Positions 1-12,806 are shown, counted from the stretch's first letter. The stretch: DNA of 64,000 nt from Octopus sinensis (GCF_006345805.1 NC_043001.1:120280001-120344000), one strand, 5' to 3'. Notes: a model not told the origin generated them from the letters alone. A program made the numbers and translations.

Positions 1-320
1 ACCACCTGATAGGATTATCTAAATCCTGTTTAAGTTAAGTTTTGTTTATGGTCCGTTAAAGTAGTGAGTGAGTTGTATCCAGGCATGGGTGGCTTATCCG
101 GTATTCCTTGAAGAAATCTGTCCAGACTCCGTTTAAAGTTGATGGGATCCTTTTCCCTTTTGATCTCTTTCGGGACAATGTTAAACAGGGCAGGGCCCGT
201 TGAGGAAAAGAAATTATGTTGCAGTGTACCTATATACTCTGATCCTGAATTGGGCAGGGGACTATGGCCCGTGGTCCCAGTCTTGGATGAACCTTGAAAC
301 TAATGTTCAGGTCGTTAAGG
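1..320 (-). mobile_element. 5'-truncated 3' fragment of a CR1/L2-like LINE, same family as 7907-9062; continues off the left edge
   Basis: Aligns by eye, with scattered substitutions, to 7979-8300 (accacctgataggatt...gggtggcttatc...aaagttgatg...ccttgaa(a/g)ctaatgtt). Confidence 0.9.
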
Positions 321-419
321 AATGAAGGTATTAACACATTGATATTCCGTTATGATCGTTTCTGTAGCAAGTGGTGTAGCTAAATCATTCAAGAAGCTAA
401 AACAAATTTAATCAATGTT

Positions 420-2005
420 AATGTTAAATGAAACCCAACCCGTTTTTTCATCAAACTGTCAAGCGATGAACTCTGCTTCCACATGGGCAGTCACAGTTTC
501 ATGCACCATCAGAGGAAGATATTTACAATGTCATAGCAAAGAAATAAGCTGACATGCCGAGAGAGAGGTCGGGAGTGAATAAGTAGATTACGCCGAGAGT
601 AAACGTAGCATGTATACCACTAGATAAAATCAATTGCGACACTAATGTCAAGAGTTTAAGAGAAATAAACTATAGGCAATATATGGACAATATGGTGATT
701 TGTTCAAGCAAGGGGGTATGTACACAAATTTGGGTATCAATAAATACATTGACATTCACAGAGAGGTTACAACAAGAGCATATGTGTGTCAAGAGAAACA
801 CATAAAAATAAGGATGACAAGAGTGGGAAGAACGAAGAGAATGTGAGAGAGAAAAAAATGTAGAATAATGTAAGAAGAGAATTATGAAGAATAAAAATTT
901 GACGTATAATTAAAAGGGGCTGATTAACATTCATAAATTACCAAGTGAAATCACAGGCAAAGTGTAATATAATAATATTATATTGTTGTAAAATGAAAAT
1001 AGAATAAGAAACTAATAAGATTATTACAATATACTGAACCAATAAATACTTATACTACAAAATTTTATACTGAAATAGGAAATATTAAGATAAGTAGATG
1101 ATTCAATATTCAAGAAAGTGGCTGATACCTATAAAAAGGATGAAAGGGAACATAGAAAAGAATGATTGTAACACAGTGAGAATTGAAATGCAACCGAGAG
1201 AAATATTAATCGAATTTCAAAATTTCCTATAATATATATATGAATTAGCTAAATGGAATATTTAAAAAAGATTTTGTTAACTTGGCGTAAACAATTGGTG
1301 TAAATAATGTTTATTTATTTGACTAGACTTACGCCTTAGGATATCAAACTCCCATATGCAACATAAATTACTAGTGCTTGCTTCCTTTATATGGAAGTGT
1401 TATTGGTACAATTAGCCACAACATAGGGTAATCAATATTTCTGTCTTTAAGGTCCGAAATAACTTCGATATTGAGGGATTACTTAATTTGCATCTATTAT
1501 TGGAAGAACGTACGTGAATGCTCCCACTCGATTTGAATTCTGATGCTATAGCCTCAATATTGCAATATACTTTAGCGGGTGTCTGAGCGAAACATTTTCC
1601 TGCTATATTTGGCCGGAGGCATTAGTCACTCAAAGGACAATATATCAATGTTACAGCTAAACATACCATTAGGTTTACTCGGTAGCGAACAATTATTGTT
1701 ACTAAAGCGATTATTATAAAGAGATACAAAACCAACAATAATATTTGTGTTAGATCGAGATGTATTATTAAGGGAGGACCTAGAGTCAGTCGGACAACTT
1801 AGGATAATTAGACTCATGCAGGCAATTCCAACTATTGCATATCATTTTGTGGCTGAATATGTGAATTTAACGGCGTAGTTACTGAATTATTTACAATATT
1901 TATTTCGAGGGAGGTTGTGTTCCAATGTCCCGTAAAAGATTGCTGCATTAACTGTGGCCATAAGAAGTCCGAAGAGGGGGATTTAGAATATAAAATATTC
2001 GTCTT
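420..2005 (-). mobile_element. Highly decayed coding-like relic, possibly a Penelope-like element (GIY-YIG/3' region)
   Basis: Minus frames give Cys-containing fragments (GMFSCN; NNRCKLSN; HFHIKEASTSNLCCI) loosely like PLE endonuclease linkers. A decayed hammerhead-like motif CTGATGG-tgcat-GAAAC lies at 496-512 in the same orientation. Many stops. Confidence 0.35.
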
Positions 2006-2009
2006 ATGT

Positions 2010-2400
2010 GAGTTACGTGTTCCAATTGGGCCTGTTAAGTCTGATTATCAAGGATTCCTTCAGGCGACGGGGAAATCTCTTTACTAGCCCGTTGGCCTGT
2101 GAATGGTAGGCCTGTGGATGGTGCGCTTCATTGTGATTCAAAAAAGGTCACACGTCATTCCACAGCTTTGAGGTGAATTGTGGTCCCCGATCGGATGAGA
2201 TGCTGTCTGGGACACCGAAACGGAAAACCCAGTTTGTGATAAAGGCTCAGCTGGGCGACAGCCGCCAGTCACTTCTGCCTCGTAGATGTCCGCTTAACTG
2301 GAACTCCACTTCACTGCAGGCCAGCTCCCTAGCTAGCCCGCAGCGAAGTTCTTGTCTACAGTTCGTCTGCCATAAATACTTGGACAGTGCCCTACAGACT
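2010..2400 (-). mobile_element. Degenerate Ty3/Gypsy integrase core fragment
   Basis: Minus translation [27 protein letters not shown]...AYHSQANGLVKRFPRRLKESL..RLNRPNW matches the rve DDE integrase pattern (FG.P..I.SD.G.QF; YHPQ.NG.VER), with stops and frameshifts. Confidence 0.88.
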
Positions 2401-2714
2401 TGTGAAGGAGAAAAGATACCAAGTTTCAAGAACATATTGAAAATAGATGATAAAAAATAATAAAACTGTTTTTAAATGTTTTTCAAAATGTTTTTTGTAT
2501 ATAATTTATAAATTCTATACATTTACAAGGCAGTGTGATAACTCAGTCTTCTTTAGAAGTTCTCACATTCATTTGTTCAATGTTTTGCCAAAAAAAAGTA
2601 ATAATAATAAAAAATAAATAATTGTTCTTTAAACATGAGCAATTTCAGAATGTACTTTTTTACTCTAAAACGAAGGGAAAATGTTGAAATTGCTATTTGT
2701 AGGTTCTTATGCCA

Positions 2715-2794
2715 TGATTTTACTGGTCCAGCCCGCTTGAGATGAAATTGGGTTGATATGTGGCCCGTGAACTAAAAGGAGTTTGACACGCCTG
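2715..2794. mobile_element. Terminal fragment of a hAT (Charlie-like) non-autonomous element
   Basis: Reverse complement reads caggcgtgtcaaactccttttagttcacgggccacat, a typical CAGG.GTGTCAAAC hAT-MITE terminus. The partner end was not found. Confidence 0.5.
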
Positions 2795-2939
2795 GTCTAC
2801 CCGTGATCCCTTTGAATGAGACATCAGTGTTGATTAATTGATAGGGAAAAAGAGAGAGGAGCGAGGTAAGGAGGAAAAGAGATAAGAACAGAGTTAAGAA
2901 TAGAGAATGAGAGAGTTAAGAAAATATTCACATACACCC

Positions 2940-3012
2940 CCATATATATATAAATGAGAGAGAGAGAGAGAGGGAGAGAGAGAGAGAAAGAAAGAAAGAA
3001 AGAAAGAAAGAA
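2940..3012. repeat. (TA)n/(GA)n/(GAAA)n microsatellite
   Basis: Direct reading. Confidence 0.95.
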
Positions 3013-3078
3013 TTAATGATTTAGTGAACCACGATGAATAATCGTATCAGGTGCTGGTTTCTTCTCTTTATGACGGTT

Positions 3079-3086
3079 TGACGTCA
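3079..3086. promoter_or_regulatory. Perfect CRE palindrome TGACGTCA (function unproven)
   Basis: Exact 8-mer in unique sequence about 100 bp upstream of the candidate exon at 3189. A single 8-mer in 64 kb can occur by chance. Confidence 0.2.
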
Positions 3087-3188
3087 CAGAGTTGTTAATT
3101 AACTGAAAACCTCACAATTTCATGGTTCTGCTTTCTCTTTGTGGAATAAAATTTTAATTACTGAAAATAAGTTTTCTCTTATTTACAG

Positions 3189-3238
3189 GACAGCAACAGT
3201 GACAAAGAACTTAACCTGCGATATTGCATAAAAGGAAA
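3189..3238 (+). other. Candidate 50-nt exon of an unidentified host transcript
   Basis: Acceptor aagttttctcttatttacag| and donor AAA|gtaagc. One open frame, DSNSDKELNLRYCIKG. No recognisable homology. Confidence 0.3.
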
Positions 3239-3609
3239 GTAAGCTGGCTGCGAGCTGACAATGTCGCGCTGGGCAAAATGCTTAGCAGCATTTCGCGTTT
3301 TTGCGTGAATGACATGAATATTCTGAATATTTCTTTGTGCGCTTCTGCTGGGATTGATTTTGCCTTTCATCTTCTCGGTTTCAGTGAAATAAGTACTAGT
3401 TGATTATTGGTGTCGTCCTCCGAAATTGCTGGATTTGTGCCAAAACATGAAACCAATATTACATAAGTGAAAGGCTGGATGCAGTCGAATCAATAAAATT
3501 ATTTCCTCTTTTGTTTTCACCTGTCAGAGAAAGAGGAGGAGGTAAAGAAGAAGAAGAGGCAGGGAAGAACTACGTGGTTGCCGCAGCCGCTGCTATTGTT
3601 GTTGCCATC

Positions 3610-3790
3610 CTTGGTATTGCTTAGTCATTGGTCATATTTGATCGAGCATACCTATGATGAAAAGATATTTCAACCGCTAGTATCCTATCTAGCGATGTCT
3701 ATTCAAAAATATGAAGGATTGGGAGCAATTTGAGATAGGATCGGTTGCTATTTGTAGCTATACCAGTGACTACTTAGTGATTCTTTTATT
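3610..3790 (+). mobile_element. Degenerate dispersed repeat (SINE-like family C)
   Basis: Shares gacctatgatcaaag...ttccag and gattt/tggctgctatttctagc-like blocks with 57425-57640 and 61375-61560. Confidence 0.45.
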
Positions 3791-4289
3791 GATACGTAAT
3801 ATTTAATAGCGGCCATGTGAACTGCATTTTCAGAGTGAAATAATTTAAAGTTCGATACAACAGTTCGAAGACAGGATATTGCGGAAGTAGTAAAAAGATG
3901 TTTGATGGTTTTATCATATTGCCTTTCGCGGATATTCTATAGAGATAAGTAAATTAGTTTAAATGTACATAGAAAGAAATATTTAAGTGTACAACAGAAG
4001 AAAAGCAAAATCAAACATTGAAATCCATTAACATATAGCCTTCGGATAGTTTTAGTTACATCTGTAACTGAATATTACTTTTAGTTTTTAAATGAACTAC
4101 ATATTTTCGTAATTTTATATTTTAACCACTTAATTGTCACGCACCTTTACTGCAATTTCAATATATTTTAATCTTACACACCTCTCCTTGCACATGCAAA
4201 TACAAACATACACACACATATACTTATAATCAAACAAACGGACACATGTGCTCCTGCAATTAAAAGCCATATATCTCCAAATAAGTATG

Positions 4290-4398
4290 CATACATATAA
4301 TCATACATACATATACACATACATAAGTACAGTCACACATTATATATCAACACGCACATATATATACATACATATATATATATATACATACATATATA

Positions 4399-4434
<36 letters not shown>

Positions 4435-4481
4435 CATATATACATATGTATGTATGTATGTATAGATAGCTAGATAGATAA

Positions 4482-4566
<85 letters not shown>

Positions 4567-4570
4567 TATG
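4290..4570. repeat. Compound microsatellite (CA/TA/TG/TATG/TAGA/CAGA)
   Basis: Direct reading; explains the ORF-track artefacts at 4248-4684. Confidence 0.97.
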
Positions 4571-4830
4571 CATGTACTCACACGCGTAAATAGACGAGTA
4601 TATTTCTTTGTATGCACACATGCAAAACATGTTTTTATGTGTGTGCTTGTGTGCATGGATAGATGTGAACACGATTAAAATCAATTAGCTTGCACTACAG
4701 ATACGTGACAATTAAAGCAGAGGGCATAAAGTTTGAATGTATAAAACACATAAAAACGCATAAAACCAACGTTTAACTGTAAACCGTACAGTTACAGGTG
4801 TGGCTGAAACTATTCAAAGGCTATATTTTG

Positions 4831-5055
4831 GAGCTGGCAGAAACGTTAGCACGCCGGGCGAAATGCGTAGCCGTATTTCGTCTGTCGTTACGTTGTGAGT
4901 TCAAATTCCGCCGAGGTCAACTTTGCCTTTCATCCTTTCGGGGTCGATAAATAAAGTACCAGTTACGCATTGGGATCGATGTAATTGACTTAATCCCTTT
5001 GTCTGTCCTTGTTTGTCCCTTCTATGTCTAGCCCCTTGTGGGCAATAAAGAAATA
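4831..5055 (+). mobile_element. tRNA-headed SINE family A, monomer
   Basis: A-box-like tggcagaaacgttag, B-box gagttcaaattcc, central gaggtcaactttgcctttcatcctttcggggtcgataaa, tail ccccttgtgggcaataaagaaata. More than 15 homologues in the window. Confidence 0.93.
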
Positions 5056-5249
5056 TATATTTTGATTTAATGACATTCAGTATTTGTTCATGCATTTGAA
5101 ACTGTAGATTTTGTTCATATTCCTGAAGTAAATTAAATGGCATTTAAAATCCATGCTGTTGATGATATCAGGTAGCCAAAGACAGTGAAACAGCTTTAAA
5201 CGACATACTACAAGGTGTATACCCAAATTTAAGATTATAAATAAAGATG

Positions 5250-5329
5250 CATATGTGTGTGTGTGTACATATATACATATATGCACATACATACATACAG
5301 GTACACACACACAAACACTATACACACAC

Positions 5330-5383
<54 letters not shown>

Positions 5384-5385
5384 TT
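5250..5385. repeat. (TG)/(CA)/(TA) microsatellite
   Basis: Direct reading. Confidence 0.95.
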
Positions 5386-6252
5386 AACGATATTTCCCGT
5401 AGAAAATTGCTTACCACAAGCACGAGTCCAACAGTCAAAATGTGTGCTCCCTCCAATTGCAGAACTTGCATCAGCTTTATAGAAAGCACATCCTATATAT
5501 TTAAATCAAGGTATATCTTCACTGTAAAAAGAAAATCGCATCATCTGTTCGTCATCAAATTTAATTCATGCTGTCAGGCAACAAATATCGTCAAATTATT
5601 GAGGGAAAAAAACTAATTTGAGTAAAACAACAACAAAAATTAACCAACTGAGCTCCGCAACTGCCTGTAATTTGAAACAATAAGAAAAGGTAAAAATGGA
5701 ACTTCAAAGTTAAGTACTGACATAATCAGAGGATTGACCAACAACTTGCTTTGGACAGAGCAAGTAACCGACCATTTCGACATCAGCAAAAGATCAATTA
5801 CTTGAATTCCCTAAAAATTATTTGCAAACTGAATCAACAATGTGTAACCCTGATAGAACAAAACTTTAAAATCACTAACCCAAAGAAAGGAGCGAAAAGT
5901 AATCAAACTTAAACTCAGATGGCCAGCATTCTTAGACTTTTATTAGTGACAGCATATAAAGACGAAGCGATACAGAATATGTACTGGATCACGCAGATCC
6001 CGTTCGATAATTGCATGAAGAGCACATGCATTTGTCGTGTCTGTAGGATGATCTATCGCTACCACCTTAATTCAGGAGAAGCTTATTCATTTTATCGACC
6101 TTGTCTCTTCACAGTGTAAAGCGGCAGAGAACCAGCCACCTTCTTCTCTCCCCAATCGTTCTTTATCATCTAGTAAGCTAGCTATATAACTATCTATCTA
6201 TCTTTCCGCACATAGTCTCTTTCACACACACATATATTCATATATATTATAT

Positions 6253-6497
6253 ATATTCTGTTCTGTCTGGAGATAGTCATTTTCTTTTTGTGCCTTATAA
6301 TGTAACACACTCACCGGTAAAATTTCCACTTATTCTTATTTTTATTTTCCTAAAAGTTTCGTTGTAATCTTTTCCATAGTTTTGACTCAAAACTACTGAA
6401 AATTTTAATATGGAAATTTTACCATATTACATTATGAGTGTGTTACATTATAAGGCACAAAAAGAAAATGACTCTCCCCAAGACACAACAGAATATA
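6253..6497. repeat. Foldback element, about 60-bp imperfect inverted arms (MITE-like)
   Basis: 6253-6313 (atattctg...gtcattttctttttgtgccttataatgtaacacactca) is the reverse complement of 6435-6497 (tgagtgtgttacattataaggcacaaaaagaaaatgac...cagaatata). Confidence 0.8.
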
Positions 6498-6560
6498 CTT
6501 CAACACACGAACTCATATAAAGAATCTTGCAAACCAAATCCAAAAACGAAATATTATAAA

Positions 6561-6861
6561 CTAGCAGTATCGCCCGGCGTTGCTCGGGTTTGTAAGGGAA
6601 ATAACTATATAAGCATTTTTAGAGAGTTACTTCCCTTATATAATAGCGAAAAAATGCATTAAAATGGAAAAAAATTATGGTAAATTTTTTTTTTAATCGT
6701 AGACTCATCGTAGATGCGCGCTAATGCCCAGAAGGGCTCTATATGAGTCACGACTATAAGATACCCGGTTTTGGTTAAACTGCACCGCAAAATGTGGGAG
6801 TAGTTAGGAATCTAAATCGAAGGAGACAGACAGCACACAACCTCACTTTTATATATAAAGA
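6561..6861 (-). mobile_element. Non-autonomous Helitron (about 300 bp)
   Basis: On the minus strand it begins a|TCtttatatataaaa, ends with hairpin cccgagcaacgccggg followed by CTAG|t, is inserted between A and T and has no TSD: canonical Helitron termini. Confidence 0.85.
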
Positions 6862-7214
6862 TATGCATGCGTTATATTTGTATTTATATGTATGTATTAG
6901 TATACGCATATATTTGCATATATTTATATATATATATGAGTATCAATCTTTGTATGTGTAAACATGTGTATGTATACTTGTGTATACATTTGCATATATG
7001 TGTGTGTAACATTTACATTATTATAGGTCCTAGATATTTATTTAAACTATTTTGTGACAGTGTTATATACTATTATCAGTAAACATTATTCATCAAATAT
7101 CTATCTGGTCATTGACACTCAATAAAAGTGCATCAGTTGGGCGTCAGTAGGAGGAGAATAGTTCTGAGCTACGGTGAATAATTTGTTCACGTTTTGTTTA
7201 TTTATTTTATTATT

Positions 7215-7330
7215 TATCTCAACATCACCATCATCATCATCATCAGTAGCAGCAGTAGCAACAATAATATCATCATCAGCAGCAGCAGCGGCAACAACAT
7301 CATCAGGATCATCATCATTACCATCATCGG
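7215..7330. repeat. Imperfect (CAT)/(CAG)/(CAA) trinucleotide repeat
   Basis: Direct reading. Confidence 0.9.
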
Positions 7331-7906
7331 TTATAATTTGTTTAACCCGATACAGCTTCTGAATATATTTTCTTTTAGATATGGTCATACTAAATTTATT
7401 TACCTTATATGCGGTTATATAATCATGATGTCCTCCGGCGTGCTAGACTTTGTTAATAATATGAGAAACTACTGGAATGAAGGAAGATGTGTTTGATACG
7501 CTTGTGATGACGAAGTACATAATATATCAGATTAAAAGTGTGGCAGTAACGAAGGTAAAACTCCAAATATATTATCAGACTCCTCATACAGGCTAAACAA
7601 ACACGCGCGCACACGCACATACATACACACACACATACACACGCACACCAACACACATACGCACACCAACACACATACATCCGCACACGCACATATATAT
7701 CTATGAATGCATGTACATACGTATCTATGCATTTGCATATAGACGTATGTGTGGGTAATCATATATATATATATAACGTATAAATACATATGTACTCATA
7801 TACAATGAATATGTATATAAGTACATATGCATATATATATATATATACTATATTTGTTTTTTTGTGCTTTCTTGTTTGGATTAACTATATATGTATATAT
7901 ATATAT

Positions 7907-9062
7907 AAACTTAGACTTAGATAAACTTAGATATGTTTCGACCAAAGATTGGTCCAGGCCATGTCTAACTTAATAGCACCACCTGATAGGATTATTCGAA
8001 TCCTGTTTAAGTCAAGTTTTGTTCAAGTAGTGAGTTCTTGTTGGGTGAGTTGTATCCAATTATGGGTGGCTTATCTGGTATTCTTTGAAGGAATCTATCC
8101 AGACTCTGTTTAAAGTTGATGCGATCCTTTTCCTCTTTGATCTCCCTCGGGACAATGTTAAATAAGGCAGGGCCTGTTGAGGAAAAGAAATTATGTTGCA
8201 GTGTACATGTATGTTGTGATCTTGAATTGGGCAGGGGACGTATAGCCCGTGGTCCAAGTCTTGGATGAACCTTGAAGCTAATGTTTAGGTCGTTTGGGCA
8301 AAGTTGGCGGTATATTTTCCACATCGTACAAATGATGTACCGCTCACGGCGACGCTGGAGAGAGTAAAGTTTCAAGGCTTTAAGGCGATCCCAATAATCG
8401 AGAGCAGCCATGCCTTCAATTTGTTTAGTGTGTGCCCTCTGGGGTGACTCAATTCTGGAGATGTTTTGTCTTGTGTGGGGAGACCACAGTGGGCAGCAGT
8501 ATTCAAGGTGTGGCCGTACAAAGGAGGAAAAAAGTGGTATGATGACACCTTGTTCCCTAGACCGGAAACTTCTTAAGATCCAGGAACTCATCCTACGAGC
8601 TATATCGACCTTCTTGTTGATGTGTGCACTCCAACTGAGATCGTCATCAACAATTACACCCAGGTCTCTGATATTGTTAGAGGCTGTGAGCGGTTCCCCT
8701 GAAGGAAGAGAGTATGGTTGTTTTAGTGAGGAATTTCTTCCAAAATGCATCAGCTCAAATTTTCCCTCATTCAGTTGCATTTTGTTTCTGTCTGCCCATT
8801 GACTCACAGCATATAGATCAGACTGGAGTTGAGTTCGGTCTGCTTCTTCATTGACGATTTGCTGGAGCTTAGTGTCATCAGCAAATATTTTCACTTTGCA
8901 GTAATGTACGACACTGGAAAGGTCGTTTACGTAAATTATGAAGAGTAGCGGACCCAAAATAGTTCCCTGGGGAACACCGCTGGAGACTTTTTCTGGGTTT
9001 GAGTGGACTCCATCAACTACAACATGTTGTGTTCTATTCGCCAGGAAATACTTAATCCGTAG
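7907..9062 (-). mobile_element. 5'-truncated CR1/L2-group LINE with intact 3' end
   Basis: RT C-terminal ORF, then a short 3' UTR with hairpin gaccaa-tct-ttggtc and a (tctaag)-type tandem tail at 7907-7925. Confidence 0.93.
8007..9060 (-). pseudogene. Reverse transcriptase C-terminal half (LINE ORF2), uninterrupted reading frame
   Basis: [67 protein letters not shown]. The N-terminal part of track ORF 8007-9194 is (TA)n artefact. Confidence 0.93.
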
Positions 9063-9094
9063 ATTAAGTAGATACATTGCGTAGATACATATAT

Positions 9095-9126
9095 AAATAT
9101 GTATATATATGTGTATGTATATATAT

Positions 9127-9187
<61 letters not shown>

Positions 9188-9201
9188 CATACATATATAT
9201 A

Positions 9202-9259
<58 letters not shown>

Positions 9260-9260
9260 T
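9095..9260. repeat. (TA)n/(TACA)n microsatellite
   Basis: Direct reading. Confidence 0.97.
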
Positions 9261-11584
9261 ATATCCTATTTTCTAAGCTCTAAGTTATATATTTTAATAA
9301 TTACTGGTATTTTTATATACGTAAAGCATAATATGTTATACATGTATGTATATTGTTATAATTGTCTTTTTTTTATAAATAAATAAATAGACATAAAATA
9401 ATGTCTAAAAGTTGATGAATACCACCGTTTGATCCCCTCCATTTTTTTATTGCTGCATAAATTAAGGGTAAAAAAGCGTTTTACCCTCACCCATTAAATT
9501 CTGGATAGTTTGATCCTAACTATTCGTCTCATTAGGGACTTTGCTTCATGGTTTCAAACGTGTACCTGTCTGCTTGGTGTATATGTATCGTCAGTTTCAA
9601 TTTGCTGATAAAAATCTACCTTCTATCAAGTAATTTTTCTGTAGTAGTAGGTGAGAATCAAATCCTTTTCTCGGGCAATTTTCGTAATCCTGGATAAGGT
9701 ACAGAATTTACAGCTAGGATCACCTGAATATGAGGAATTGAAAGTTAACGAAATTCCACATGAAACAAGTTGTGCCGCCGGTACTAAGAGCAGCGAATCT
9801 CTCTTATCTAACCCACACTATTAGCGGTTAGGTGTACACAGTAGTTTCAGAATTTAGTCTCCTAGCGTTGGGCACATGGTAAGAACTGCTGACTTAGCAC
9901 TACAAGTTTTCTCTCTTGTCAGTCAAAGCAAATTGAAAGGCTTTTCAGTCATGTTAGTATCGTCATTCTTTGTATACATAGTCGGCAAGCTTAATATCAC
10001 CGCTCAAATTTGCGTATTTCATAGAAAGAAAAAATGGTGTATACTAACGTCCATGCTCTTTCTAATGTCGACAGCAATTTAAGTGAAGTAAGACAAACTA
10101 AAATTTACATCGCTTTCTACATGATAACACAATAAATTTCTCAAGTCAGCAAGGGTAACGATGCGAGGCCGCGAGGTCATCAACTAGTGGAGAAATCTCA
10201 TTCAAAACACCCAACTAACATCTTAGGAAATAATAAAACGTTGGATGATGTTGCCTTTCTAAAATATAAAGTGTAGGAAAAAGACAGAATCCACCAGCGC
10301 GAGTACATTTGATCATAGTTCTTGCTTAATGAAGGTTGACCTAGCATTAAGCAACTATACCAACAACTAGTTTATTTTAGGCTCTACACAAAATCGGTTT
10401 ATATATATTGCACTAATGTTTTGGACATGAAGTCAGAGTACAGAAATATTACAGACAACTGTAGCAAGAGACAATGCCACAGCATTAAAGGCAGCAATTA
10501 GCAATGTTGTTAGAGGCTAAGACAAAAAACTTGCAATAATTGTTCCGTTCTTTTCTGTTCTGAGTTCAAATACTGTTCAGGTAGAATCAGTCCTTTATCC
10601 TTCCTTGTTGGCAAAGTTAAGTGGCAGTTAGTAAGTGCTATATTACTGAACGTGTACATTGAACCAGTGTCTAACGATAAACTATTTCCAAATACAATAT
10701 TATTATTACTCTAATTCACAATGCTAGTGACACATGTAGTTTTAGGTTATTCAAACTTAATTTTCTCGAAGACAGACTATTTAAGCTTATATCAGCACTG
10801 GAATTCAGAATATAAAGAGGCGAAAGAAATAGCGCAAAGTATTTTGTCCAATGGTGTAACGATTCTGCCAATCTACTACTAAAGCATTGTTTTATAATCC
10901 GAAAAAATATAATAACAAAATATTTATCAGTGTGAAATAAAGTTTTATTATACTAGTTTTCTCCATTGATATAAAGTATGTTGGGTGAAGTGTGCTCCTC
11001 TCTAGGGTACAGAGTTCAGAAGTATGTAAGGAAAGGCAAAGTCATGTTCAGAGAGATTTGAACACGAAAACTTTTGAAATAAAGCTAAAAATGAAGACGT
11101 TTTTAGTGCAACTCTCTTAACGATTCTACGACCATATGATGTTACAACAAGCACTCGACCTAGTTTCCGCGTTCGCCTACATCTTTAGGTGTTGCATAAT
11201 ATCATATCATGTTTCCGAAATCACCTGTGAAAGGATAAATTCAATCGATAAATTGATTACACCTGACTGCATGGAAATGTCAATTTAAGTGCCTAATAGA
11301 ACTTCGTTAATGAAAATTAATTATACGAGATGAGACAGACTGTAGACCTGAATAATGAACAATATAGAGAAAGTCTAATACAAAGAAATGAAGAAGAGAT
11401 GCACACAGACAAATGTAAGTATATGCATGTATGTGTGTATGTATGTGCGTGTGTATGTGTATATGCATGTGTATCTGTGTGTATGTGGGAGTGTGCGTAT
11501 GTGTTTAAGTATATTTGATAACAATAAAATAAAATTGATTTGTATGAAATGCATTGTTGTTATTAGTTGAAAATATAGAAATTA

Positions 11585-11628
<44 letters not shown>

Positions 11629-11649
11629 CCAGCTTTTATATTTTGGGGA

Positions 11650-11730
11650 AGGGGGAACCAATCGATTAGATTAACCTCAGTACACAACTGGTACTTAATT
11701 TATTGACCCCGAAAGGATGTAAGGCAAAGT
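11650..11730 (-). mobile_element. SINE family A fragment
   Basis: ctggtacttaatttattgaccccgaaaggatgtaaggcaaagttgacctcggcg is the reverse complement of the family A central domain. Confidence 0.85.
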
Positions 11731-12197
11731 TGACCTCGGCGTTTTATATGGAATATTGACATATAAATGTATAATCAACTGAAAATTAATTTGTACTAAG
11801 AATAGGAACAATGTGAAGATAACACATATTTGCTTATATATGCGATCTCTACAAAATGAAGTTCACGAAAAGTGGATCAATTAATGTTCAATGGTATAAA
11901 CATTGTAGCATGATTATTAGGAGAAACATGAATTTACTTAGCACAAATATAGAATTAATTATTCCCGCATGCGAACTTCATGTGATAGTATTCACATATA
12001 TATGAAATGACATGTCTAATGGCATTCCTCTTTTGGGTGTTAATTAGATTTCACTCGGTGATAATTCTAATTTATACATATTCCAGTTTAGTACATCAAT
12101 ATTTTCCCGCACTTACAGCATCTGCAAAGTTATTCATTTGATATTTTCCCTTTCTTTCTTCATATTTTGTCTATTACTTATCTTTTCGGTCTAAAGT

Positions 12198-12390
12198 GGC
12201 GACCTGGCAGAGTTAGCACGTCGGACAGAAAGTTAGCACGTCGGATGGAATACTCAGTGGTATTTCTTCCAATTCTGAGTTCAAATTCCGCCGAGGACGA
12301 CTTTTCCTTTCATCCCTCCGGGATACGTAAAATAAGTACCAGTGAGCACTGGGATCGATATAATCGATTAGTTCCCTCCACCTACAAACG
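12198..12390 (+). mobile_element. SINE family A, diverged copy with small head duplication
   Basis: ttctgagttcaaattccgccgagg...aagtaccag...ctgggatcgatataatcga; agttagcacgtcgga is duplicated. Confidence 0.85.
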
Positions 12391-12713
12391 CGAGATTTGT
12401 GAAAACGCTTGAAACATAATTATAGGTTTTGGTCGAAAGAACTTTTGTATTCTCTGTTTACGTTACTAAACTATATTAATTTTTCTTGTCTTCCTTAATT
12501 TTAATACCCATTCGTCTGTATCTGTACACATCTAATAAGCTTCAAGCATTGCTAGAGTAAATTATATTATCTTAGATGCCGAAATTGTAAAGATTTTCAC
12601 CTAACAACCGAAGAACGTCTGGTCTCATGCAAGTTCCCTAGTAATGCCCTATAAATCATTATATTTTTCCGTATCACATTTTTCAGTATGATTTTATGGT
12701 TCTTACTCTTACG

Positions 12714-12746
<33 letters not shown>

Positions 12747-12748
12747 AT

Positions 12749-12806
<58 letters not shown>

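Noticed and set aside
7119-7496. Asp/Ala- or Ser/Ile-rich ORFs
   Set aside because: Products of an imperfect trinucleotide repeat.
7925-7965. gacc-aatcttt-ggtc-GAAAC at the LINE 3' end as a ribozyme
   Set aside because: No CUGANGA upstream; better explained as the LINE 3' UTR stem-loop.
9061-9194. N-terminal extension of the 395-aa RT ORF
   Set aside because: Derived from (TA)n; the LINE is 5'-truncated at about 9060.
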